Source: an uncultured virus (IMG/VR IMGVR_UViG_3300028165_000034)
Taxonomy: Duplodnaviria; Heunggongvirae; Uroviricota; Caudoviricetes
Virus record (IMG/VR): IMGVR_UViG_3300028165_000034
Span: 62,001 to 119,354 of that record
Direction: 5' to 3' (one strand)
DNA length: 57,354 nt
Every line of letters begins with the position of its first letter. Position 1 is the first letter of the stretch. Both the position numbers and the translations under genes were made by a program. Positions 18,915-26,891 of this stretch are shown here, piece by piece. The notes below the pieces were generated by a model. That model was not told where the DNA came from. It was given only the letters and a program-made list of their open reading frames with translations, and searched no databases.

Positions 18915-19361
18915 ATGGAAATGCCGTTTTACCTCGTGGAGTACGATCCCGTGTCTGGCGAGATTCTTGCCTTTCACAACCCTGTGACGGGTAAGCCTGA
19001 CACAGAGCATGTGATCGAACTGGACATTAGCACCAAGGAAGAAGTTGGCGCACGCCCACATCGCTATCGGATCATCGACGGGAAGCTCCATGAGACGTCC
19101 GTGCATGATGTGGAGCCCGTGCCTGTTCGCCCTGATGTGGCCTCGCAGATCGTTGCTGGCCTTGTCGTGAACGATGTGTGCTACTCGCTGGAGCCTAGTG
19201 CTCTGGCGGTACTCCAGCTTGACCTCGCCAGCAACGTCAAGCAAGTCCGTGCGATTGCCTACGTACCCGGCGGCTTCAAGCTCGTGGAACTCTCCAAGGA
19301 GGATGCCAAGAAAGTGGCGACAGCGATCGGGGACCACCTCGTCTCTCTCCATTGTGGATAA
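18915..19361 (+). CDS. Hypothetical protein, possible fibre chaperone
   Basis: AGGAGG RBS; YDPVSGEI...YRIIDGKL pattern reminiscent of tail-fibre assembly proteins. Confidence 0.55.
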   Translation: MEMPFYLVEYDPVSGEILAFHNPVTGKPDTEHVIELDISTKEEVGARPHRYRIIDGKLHETSVHDVEPVPVRPDVASQIVAGLVVNDVCYSLEPSALAVLQLDLASNVKQVRAIAYVPGGFKLVELSKEDAKKVATAIGDHLVSLHCG

Positions 19362-19392
19362 TTTAGACGCAGTGTAAATCGAGGTGAATCCC

Positions 19393-20220
19393 ATGGTCCT
19401 GCCGATTGCAAGACTCATTCAGGCAGCGCAAGTCCGAGGCCTGACTGACTCTAATCCCGTGCTGCTTACCACAGACGGGCCAAGCAAAACCCGCATCAAC
19501 ATCATCGTGAGCAAGGTGGAGCCGATTGAAGTCGTGGCTCCACTGGACCTCATCTGGATCGACCCGAGTACGTCAACGGCACTGCGCCGTGTCAACCGCG
19601 GTGCGAGTGCAAACCACACGCATACGTGGACTGCGGCAACGGAGTCCAACTTCTGGAACGCGCAGATGTGGGACGAGCCTCGTCCTAGCGATCAGGACTT
19701 CCAAGAACTGAATCGCAACATCGGCAACACGCACGACTTGACGGCATTCGACCTGGGTGCATTCGATGCAACTGGCGGCCGCTTCACTGGGCCTGTGTAC
19801 CCACGCACTCTTGGAACAAGCGAGGACTACGCGGCTGATGAAGCCGTGCCTCGTTCGTTCGTTGAGAAGCTGACGTCCGCTGCTCAGTCGCTCGCAGCAT
19901 CCGTGTACCAACAGCTTACCAGTGTGCGCAACTCGGTGCGTGCCCTGGGTACCCGTACAACTACCGTTGAGAACAAGGTGAAAGCCCTTGAGCTTGGCGG
20001 CGGTGACGGTGTTCCAAAGTTTCTGCACACGCAGGAAGATGAGGACCTGGAGTGGCTGATCGCTCACGACCTAGGTACTGAGAACCTCATCATCGCAGTC
20101 GCGTTGCCCAACGGGGATTACATGATTCCCGCTGAGCAAATCCCTCTGGACGGCAACAATGTCCGCATCACATTCGCCGCTCCACGCTCCGGCACTGCGG
20201 CGATCATTGGCATAAGGTAA
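19393..20220 (+). CDS. Virion structural protein (coiled coil plus C-terminal W.I.H.LG beta domain)
   Basis: GAGGTG RBS; GGRFTGP, EAVPRSFV, coiled coil; C-domain shared with the 22744, 24451 and 25047 products. Confidence 0.65.
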   Translation: MVLPIARLIQAAQVRGLTDSNPVLLTTDGPSKTRINIIVSKVEPIEVVAPLDLIWIDPSTSTALRRVNRGASANHTHTWTAATESNFWNAQMWDEPRPSDQDFQELNRNIGNTHDLTAFDLGAFDATGGRFTGPVYPRTLGTSEDYAADEAVPRSFVEKLTSAAQSLAASVYQQLTSVRNSVRALGTRTTTVENKVKALELGGGDGVPKFLHTQEDEDLEWLIAHDLGTENLIIAVALPNGDYMIPAEQIPLDGNNVRITFAAPRSGTAAIIGIR

Positions 20221-20225
20221 ACACC

Positions 20226-21080
20226 ATGAAAGGGCTCTGGGCACTTGCCTCGCTAATTTACTGCCTAACGGTAGATGCCCAAAGCCTACTGGTTGTGCAG
20301 TCCGCAACGGTTCACGATCTGTATGGTAACTCCATTGTAGCCCAACTCCTTGCAGTCGAGCGCGAGCCTCACATCTTCGTGTTCAACGCCCGTCGGTTTA
20401 CCTACGACACTTCCGCGTACTCCAGGGAGAGTTTGAAGCGCGTACTGAAAGCCGCTGTCGAGCGCAGCAAGCCGAGTTTGATTCTCTATCTCGGTGAACC
20501 TGAGTTCGATACTGGCTTCCCATCGAAGTACAGCTCGGTGCTTATCGGTGCAGACAGCTTCAACACGGTAGCCCTCAAGGCTGCCAGCAGTTACAACGAA
20601 AAGTGGGCAAAGACCTACATCGTCACGGACAGTTCAGCGCTCGCAACGCTACGCCTGATCGAGTTAAAAACTCGTCTGGAAGGACTGGACGTGGAAATCC
20701 ACACCGTAAACACCGTACTTGAATACCGCAAGTTGTTGCTCGATCTCCAGAAAGAAGCCGTCGGCACAATCGTGATGAACGTCTTCGGACTGAAAGATGA
20801 ATGGAACAATACGGTCGGATACGCCGAGCTAGAGAAGATCATGGTAGCTACGAACAGGCGCCACATTGACGTCGGCATCTGCCGTAGCGGGTTTAAGACT
20901 GCGCTGGCGGTTGGCCCAACTCCAAAAGAAGCGGCGTCACTCGCAATAGCGTCGTACAACAAACCACTAAACCTCCACATCAGCTCGTGTGCCAACCTGT
21001 CACGACTCAAGTCCAAGCCCAGCTGGCTTTCGTTGTACAGGAAGTCGATGGGGAAATTTGATATCGTGGAGGGAGGCTAA
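20226..21080 (+). CDS. Exported protein resembling a type I periplasmic-binding / ABC-substrate-binding-like sensor domain
   Basis: Signal peptide ending VDA|Q; alternating beta/alpha pattern LLVVQS, KPSLILYLG, TYIVTDSS, GLKD..N.TV. Fold call is by eye. Confidence 0.5.
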   Translation: MKGLWALASLIYCLTVDAQSLLVVQSATVHDLYGNSIVAQLLAVEREPHIFVFNARRFTYDTSAYSRESLKRVLKAAVERSKPSLILYLGEPEFDTGFPSKYSSVLIGADSFNTVALKAASSYNEKWAKTYIVTDSSALATLRLIELKTRLEGLDVEIHTVNTVLEYRKLLLDLQKEAVGTIVMNVFGLKDEWNNTVGYAELEKIMVATNRRHIDVGICRSGFKTALAVGPTPKEAASLAIASYNKPLNLHISSCANLSRLKSKPSWLSLYRKSMGKFDIVEGG

Positions 21081-21361
21081 TGGTAATCAACCATTCACGG
21101 ATTTCTAGAGTGCTGATACTCGTCCTGGTCGCGGTAATGCTTTACGTTCTCTGGACGTACGGCTATCGCAATCCAAGTCGAGAGTCTGTGGTCTATTCAA
21201 CACTCGCCTGCGTGCGGTCAGTTTGCACCGAGAGCCCTACGACTGGAGACCTGTGCTCCATGACTGAGCCTCGTGTGTCAGAAATCCTGATTGAGTCCGA
21301 TCCGGAGAGTCCTAACATCAAGGCAATCCGAGTGATACCGAGCGATGACAAATGCCAATGA
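21080..21361 (+). CDS. Small membrane-anchored Cys-containing protein
   Basis: TM VLILVLVAVMLYVLW; 4 Cys in the soluble part; TAATG coupling. Confidence 0.6.
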   Translation: MVINHSRISRVLILVLVAVMLYVLWTYGYRNPSRESVVYSTLACVRSVCTESPTTGDLCSMTEPRVSEILIESDPESPNIKAIRVIPSDDKCQ

Positions 21362-21370
21362 GGCTGCTCA

Positions 21371-21925
21371 ATGGACGCCATACAAACCATTTTCAGTAGC
21401 CCTCTGCCGGTTGCGATTGCGGCAGTGATCGCCATTGCGTGCTTGCTGGGCTACTGGTTCTTCGTCATTCCTCAGCAAGAGGAAATGAAGCTGCTTCGTG
21501 CTGCAAACACGGAGCTTCAAAAGAGAATGGGTGATGAGTTTGACCTGCAAAAGGCGAACGTCCAGAAGTTCATGCAGGAGCTAACGACTAGCCTGCAGAG
21601 CCAGCAGAACATCACCGAGTTAGTGAACGTGGTCGCGCAATTGCGTGCGGCCGTCGAGCAACAATCAACCCTGTTGAGCGGGAGCCTTGAAAAGGTCTTC
21701 CACGAGGTGCAGGACGCACTGCGCAAACTCGACTCGACACTTGACAATTCCTCTGAGGACATTGGTCGTAAGAATGATAACATCCAGCGAGAAGTCGAAC
21801 GCCTCAGCCGCCTGCTTGAGTCTCTGGCTCGTCAGGTTGCTGAAATCAGCGACAAGCAATCGCAAGTCGCCGGCGTACTCACTGGCATGTCCATAGCCAA
21901 GACCATGCAGAACAGAGGTTTGTAG
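21371..21925 (+). CDS. Single-pass membrane protein with long coiled coil
   Basis: TM PVAIAAVIAIACLLGYWFFVI followed by heptad-rich Q/E/L helix; GAGG RBS. Confidence 0.7.
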   Translation: MDAIQTIFSSPLPVAIAAVIAIACLLGYWFFVIPQQEEMKLLRAANTELQKRMGDEFDLQKANVQKFMQELTTSLQSQQNITELVNVVAQLRAAVEQQSTLLSGSLEKVFHEVQDALRKLDSTLDNSSEDIGRKNDNIQREVERLSRLLESLARQVAEISDKQSQVAGVLTGMSIAKTMQNRGL

Positions 21926-21936
21926 GAATTGCACCC

Positions 21937-22728
21937 ATGGCCTACGTGCTTAACAACATACGCTTTCGTTCTGTGAGTTCTAAGGCTTTGGAGCGCTACT
22001 ACAACTCCAAGTCATTCATCCTGACTGAGTTGATCGACGAACGGAAGCAGTTTAGCCAGGTCGCCCGCGAAATCCAGTTGCTGTTCTTCAACAGCTACTC
22101 TGACTGGGCTACCAAGGTGGAAAGCCTGCTGCTCAATCGCAACACCGTGGATGAATCGGACATCCAGATAATCTTCCAGCGTTTTGGTGAGATTATCAAC
22201 TCGAACAAGCACATCTTCAAAATCCACAGCGACGTGTTCCTGCCTCAGTTCCTTGAGGTATGGGGCGCGGTGCATAAGCACATCCCGAACAACTTCAAGC
22301 GTCGGGTCCGTGCTACTGTGGGTATGTCGCACCTTGAGGCCTATCCGAAGATCATCGAGGCCTTAGTAGGAGCATTGCAGTCGACCCTGTTTGAACTCTA
22401 CGAGGTCGACTGCCTGCTTGGTTCCAACTTGGTGCCCAAGACGATCACGTCGAACCGAAGTCAGGTTGATAGCCTGATCACGTACATCGGCGTGGACGAC
22501 CTTGAGTATTACAAGAAGACCAACATCTTCATCGTCAAGGAACGACTCACGCATTACCTCGACAAGGTCTTGCTACCTGATATCGTTGTCCCAGTGGTCA
22601 TCAAAAACTACACGGATGACGATATTGCGTTGAAGAACGGAGTTGTCGTTGGCGATCAGCCTCTTGGGAGGTTGCTCACCGAGCTGCAATCCAACCCTCG
22701 TATCCAAATCGTAGAGATCGCTTCCTGA
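21937..22728 (+). CDS. Hypothetical protein
   Basis: 263-aa ORF with AGGA RBS; no motif recognised. Confidence 0.7.
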   Translation: MAYVLNNIRFRSVSSKALERYYNSKSFILTELIDERKQFSQVAREIQLLFFNSYSDWATKVESLLLNRNTVDESDIQIIFQRFGEIINSNKHIFKIHSDVFLPQFLEVWGAVHKHIPNNFKRRVRATVGMSHLEAYPKIIEALVGALQSTLFELYEVDCLLGSNLVPKTITSNRSQVDSLITYIGVDDLEYYKKTNIFIVKERLTHYLDKVLLPDIVVPVVIKNYTDDDIALKNGVVVGDQPLGRLLTELQSNPRIQIVEIAS

Positions 22729-22743
22729 TCCTGGAGTATTTTC

Positions 22744-24438
22744 ATGCTGAAAAATGGTAACCTCACCCTGCTTGGTGAGATTCGTGGCCTCAAGCCGCAG
22801 CGTCTCACCAGTGATCCGGCAGCCGAAGACCTGAAGGTAGGTCTGGTTTGGGTCAACACCACCGACAAAGCTCTGCGCTGGTACGATGGTGAAGAGGTCC
22901 TGACCGTCGCCTCCGGTGGCAATCTCGACAACTACCTGTCGCTCGACGGCGGTACCCTGACCGGCCCTCTGATCCTGAGTGGCCCAGGCACCGAAGACCT
23001 GAACCCTGCCAGCTTCAAGCAACTGACCGATGGTCTGGGTGCCAAGCAGGATGAAATCACCGGTGCTGCTTCGACCGTTGCAACTCTGGACCTGGCTCCA
23101 AGCGTTGTTGTCGTGTCCGATGCTGACGGCAAGATCACTGGCAGCGCGACTGTCAACGTCGAAGAACTGGGCTACCTGGACGGCGTCACTTCTGCCATTC
23201 AGGGCCAGATCGACGGCAAACAAGCTGAGTTGGGCTTTACTCCGCTGAACAAAGCTGGCGATGCCATCAACGGCAACCTGAACTTCGGCGGCACCAACAC
23301 CGCGAAGAACCTGGCGGCTCCAGTTGATCCGACTGACCCTGTTCGTCTGATCGACATTGACAACCTGAAAGCTGACCTGGACTTCCAAGCGGACGTTCTG
23401 GCTACTCAGGTTGACGCCAGCACCATCCCTGACCTGAGCAACACTCTGCCTGACAACGCTGTTCGCTATATCATCACCGATGCAGACGCACTCGACTCGG
23501 GCTTCGGCACCATCGCCGGTCTGGAAGATGGTGACATTGTTCAGAAGGACGGCGCCAGCTTCAAAGTCGTGTACGACGTGAGCGAGCGTGGTCCTGGCGT
23601 TCTGGTCTGGGACCGCAACGCTGTCAAGTTCATGAAGTTCAACGGTACCAACTGGAGCGAGCATGGCGGCCTGAGCGGCGTCACTGTTTCGGCTGGCCTG
23701 TTGAAAGAAGGCAACACCATCAGCGTCAAGTTCGGTGCTGGTGTGACCAACCTGCCTGATGGCGAAGTCGGTATCGACGTTGGTACTACTGGCGGTCTGG
23801 CTCTGGTTGATCCGACCTCTGGCGCTGCTTCGACCGAAGAAGACGCTGTGCTGGCACTGAAACTGAAAGCCTCCAGCGGCCTGGCCGTTTCGGCTGACGG
23901 TGTGTCCATCGCTGACGAAGGCGTGACTGCTCGTACCATCGCTGCCGCTGCACTGGGTAACGGTCTGCAAGGCGGTGCCGGTACTGCGCTGAGCGTCAAG
24001 CTCGACGGCGCTACCCTGTCGCTGGGTGCTGCTGGTCTGAAAGTTGGTGACCTGAGCGATACCTACCTGAGCCTTGCAGAAGGCGGCGCTGTTACTGGCG
24101 ACGTCACTGTTCCTGCTCCGGCTGGCGACAACAGCATCGCGAACCGTAAGTCGGTGACCGATATCACTGGCCCTCTGGCTGACCGCATCGACACGCTGGA
24201 AGCTGGCGCCGGTGCAAGTCAAGTAGTGTTCGACGGCACCACTGGTGCTGCACAGGACACCTACAGCATCAACCACGGTCTGAACTACCGTTGGGCAACT
24301 GTCGCTGTATACGACGAAACCTTCACGCAGATTCTGCCTGACAACGTTACCCTGACTGACGCCAACAACCTGGTCGTCACTCTGGCCGTTGCTCAGAAGG
24401 TGTACATCGTTATCAACGGCAAGAAGGTAGCGGCATAA
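22744..24438 (+). CDS. Virion fibre/decoration protein
   Basis: YLSLDGGTLTGPL, NKAGD.ING.L, beta-spiral-like G.GL repeats; strongly biased codon usage suggests high expression; GGAG RBS. Confidence 0.75.
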   Translation: MLKNGNLTLLGEIRGLKPQRLTSDPAAEDLKVGLVWVNTTDKALRWYDGEEVLTVASGGNLDNYLSLDGGTLTGPLILSGPGTEDLNPASFKQLTDGLGAKQDEITGAASTVATLDLAPSVVVVSDADGKITGSATVNVEELGYLDGVTSAIQGQIDGKQAELGFTPLNKAGDAINGNLNFGGTNTAKNLAAPVDPTDPVRLIDIDNLKADLDFQADVLATQVDASTIPDLSNTLPDNAVRYIITDADALDSGFGTIAGLEDGDIVQKDGASFKVVYDVSERGPGVLVWDRNAVKFMKFNGTNWSEHGGLSGVTVSAGLLKEGNTISVKFGAGVTNLPDGEVGIDVGTTGGLALVDPTSGAASTEEDAVLALKLKASSGLAVSADGVSIADEGVTARTIAAAALGNGLQGGAGTALSVKLDGATLSLGAAGLKVGDLSDTYLSLAEGGAVTGDVTVPAPAGDNSIANRKSVTDITGPLADRIDTLEAGAGASQVVFDGTTGAAQDTYSINHGLNYRWATVAVYDETFTQILPDNVTLTDANNLVVTLAVAQKVYIVINGKKVAA

Positions 24439-24450
24439 TCAGGAGGCTTC

Positions 24451-25050
24451 ATGAAAATCAACGGCCACTTCGATCTTCAGGGCAACCTCCTGAAGAACGT
24501 AACGTTGGAACCCGTTGAATCTTGGCCGTCTGAACCGAAACCGGGCACGTTCATTTTCATGAACCGGCGGATTTTTATCTGCTTGGAGATTGCGAATGGC
24601 GTGCCAGCTTGGCTGCCTATGAGTACCGAACTACAGACTCACGTCCATGACCAGTTTGTAGCTTCGGCCACTTGGGAAATCGACCACGCCCTGCAGACCG
24701 CAGGGTGTATCGTTCAGGTAGTCAGCGGTGACAACAAGGCGATTGAGTTCGACGAGGTTGACTTCAAATTCAACCACGCCACAATCAGCTTCGCTCAACC
24801 GCAAGCAGGTCGTGCCATCCTCATCATGGGTGCCACCGAAGGACTGCCGCGTGCGCAAGTCGCATACGAGCAGAACTTCCAGGATCAGCAAGTGTGGGTC
24901 ATCAACCACCAGCTGGGCTATACGCCGATCATCCGCTGCTTCGTCGGGAACATGGAAATCCAACCAGTGACGCTTGTTCACTCGGAGGATATGCTCTCTG
25001 CAACCGCAACTTTCAATAGCCCAGTCACGGGCAAGGCGCGGTGCATATGA
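24451..25050 (+). CDS. Virion structural protein with two W.I.H.L domains
   Basis: AGGAGG RBS; TWEIDHAL and VWVINHQLG repeats. Confidence 0.7.
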   Translation: MKINGHFDLQGNLLKNVTLEPVESWPSEPKPGTFIFMNRRIFICLEIANGVPAWLPMSTELQTHVHDQFVASATWEIDHALQTAGCIVQVVSGDNKAIEFDEVDFKFNHATISFAQPQAGRAILIMGATEGLPRAQVAYEQNFQDQQVWVINHQLGYTPIIRCFVGNMEIQPVTLVHSEDMLSATATFNSPVTGKARCI

Positions 25051-25259
25051 GTGTCCGTTACGAGCACCAGCAACTAGAGCCGGCTTCCACCTGGATTGTT
25101 CGGCATAATTTATTCACCAGAGCCCCAGTGGTGGATGCGTATGTGGAGATTGACGGCGTGGTTCAAAAGATCCTGCCGAAGGCTGTCAAGCCTGTATCTC
25201 TGACTGAGTGTCACATCGAGTGGTCAGTCCCGCGTGCGGGCCGAGCAGGAGTAGCCTAA
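25047..25259 (+). CDS. Small virion protein (single W.V.HNL domain)
   Basis: ATGA overlap; YEHQQLEPASTWIVRHNL matches neighbouring repeats. Confidence 0.7.
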   Translation: MSVRYEHQQLEPASTWIVRHNLFTRAPVVDAYVEIDGVVQKILPKAVKPVSLTECHIEWSVPRAGRAGVA

Positions 25260-25819
25260 TGATCGCTGACGGATTGCAACTTGTCGCCGGTTCGGGCCTC
25301 TCTATTCAGATGCTCGACGATGCGCGCCGAGGGCCTCAGTTCCCTTCGAGTCCTACAGACGGCTCGCTGTGGGAACTCACGGAAGTCTCGGGAAACTTCA
25401 TCCCGGGAATCTACGAGTTCCATCAGGGTTGGAATCTTCGCAACCCTGCGCACAGCGCGTTGTCCTACGACTTGTCGGGTACTGTACTCGGTAAGCCTGA
25501 CCCTTCTGCCAAAGTGCTGTATGTGGTCGCTTCCAGGACTTTCTATCTGCAAGGATCGCTGGCTGGTGCCATTGCGTATGCGCTGCAAGCCTCTGGTTCG
25601 CAGCAAGACTTTAGCGTCGGCATCACGCGCAAATCGGAGTTTATCCCCGTAGGCACTATCCGCTTTAAAGCCTTCGTGGAAGAAGCTGAGTTTGTTCCTG
25701 CTACGACCGACCCAATTCGGGTTGAGCGTGGCGACATCCTCATCATCACAGCTCCGGACCTCGTGGATTCCACGATTGCGGACATTTCGATCACCTTGTG
25801 TGGTTACCTATCAGTGTAA
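25259..25819 (+). CDS. Putative virion structural protein
   Basis: TAATG coupling; FPSSPTDG, GDILIITAP...ADISITL beta-rich pattern. Confidence 0.65.
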   Translation: MIADGLQLVAGSGLSIQMLDDARRGPQFPSSPTDGSLWELTEVSGNFIPGIYEFHQGWNLRNPAHSALSYDLSGTVLGKPDPSAKVLYVVASRTFYLQGSLAGAIAYALQASGSQQDFSVGITRKSEFIPVGTIRFKAFVEEAEFVPATTDPIRVERGDILIITAPDLVDSTIADISITLCGYLSV

Positions 25820-25831
25820 CGGAGAAACAAC

Positions 25832-26827
25832 ATGGCTGGTAAGATTTACAAGAAGTCCAAACTGCAAGGTCTCGATCAGTTCGCGACCGCACTGTTCGCC
25901 GACCTGAAAAGCGCGGGTCTGACTCAGGTTCTGCCGGCTTCGGGCCAGAACTTCTCTGTCACCAGTGGTGCAGGCAAGTTCGTCTTCGACTCTTCGGCGG
26001 GCGTCAACCCACTGAACGAAACCCAACCATGGCGTCTGCTGCTCGACCTGTCGGGCGCTACTGCTGGTGCGGGCAAGATCAAGATGGCAATTGCCAACCC
26101 ACAGCAGATCACCACTGCGGGTGCCGTCACCTCGTTCCCAGGTTCGGGCGTAGATATCAATGGTACTCGTGTCATGGGTCAGCTGGGTACTTCCTGGACC
26201 AAACCGCAGCCTGTGATCGGCGACACCTTCATCAACCGTGACGTGCAGAACAGCGGCTACGACCTGGGTACTACCCTGTCCTACCTGCTGGTAGCCACCC
26301 CACGCGGTATCACCCTGTTCGTCTGGGAAGATGCTTCCGACGCCAACCCGCGTTACAGCTTCTTCAACGTCCAAGTTCCTGTGAACAAGGACACCGGTGT
26401 CGCCCTGATCACCGACAACTCGCCGATCTTCGTGGTCTACGAGTGCGATACCTCGGGCCCGATGAAGTTCGTTGTCAACGAGAAGGACGTCTTCCGTCCA
26501 TCCATCAGCAAGCCGGCTGACGCCGACTCGGTGAACAGCGCGGCGATCCTGAACAGTCAGGATCAGGTTGCAATCGCCAAGGGTAACAAGTACCTGGTGA
26601 CCTTCCCGAACCGTCTGAACACCGACCGTTACGCTTACACCGAGGAACTCGACCTGTTCGCGTACACCTCGGCTGACGTGATCGGCGAAGAATCGGAAAT
26701 CCCGGTTCGCGTCTACGGTGAGACTTCGGATCGTATCTACCGCGCGATGAAGGCCAACAAGCCGAACAACGCCGGCATGCGTCTGCTGCTCCTCGTGTCG
26801 GGTGGCGGTGTACCTGAAGCCGTCTAA
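25832..26827 (+). CDS. Putative abundant virion structural protein
   Basis: GGAG RBS, strong codon bias, followed by terminator. Confidence 0.7.
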   Translation: MAGKIYKKSKLQGLDQFATALFADLKSAGLTQVLPASGQNFSVTSGAGKFVFDSSAGVNPLNETQPWRLLLDLSGATAGAGKIKMAIANPQQITTAGAVTSFPGSGVDINGTRVMGQLGTSWTKPQPVIGDTFINRDVQNSGYDLGTTLSYLLVATPRGITLFVWEDASDANPRYSFFNVQVPVNKDTGVALITDNSPIFVVYECDTSGPMKFVVNEKDVFRPSISKPADADSVNSAAILNSQDQVAIAKGNKYLVTFPNRLNTDRYAYTEELDLFAYTSADVIGEESEIPVRVYGETSDRIYRAMKANKPNNAGMRLLLLVSGGGVPEAV

Positions 26828-26840
26828 TTCGGCATTCACT

Positions 26841-26872
26841 GGGGGCTAAAGACTATCTTTAGCTCCCTTTTT
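26841..26872 (+). terminator. Rho-independent terminator
   Basis: GGGGGCTAAAGA-CTA-TCTTTAGCTCCC followed by T run. Confidence 0.85.
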
Positions 26873-26891
26873 CGTTTCCACGGAGCCGCCC

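Noticed and set aside
21371..21925. Methyl-accepting chemotaxis protein
   Set aside because: TM plus coiled coil only; the conserved MCP hairpin signature (LLALNAAIEAARAG) is absent.
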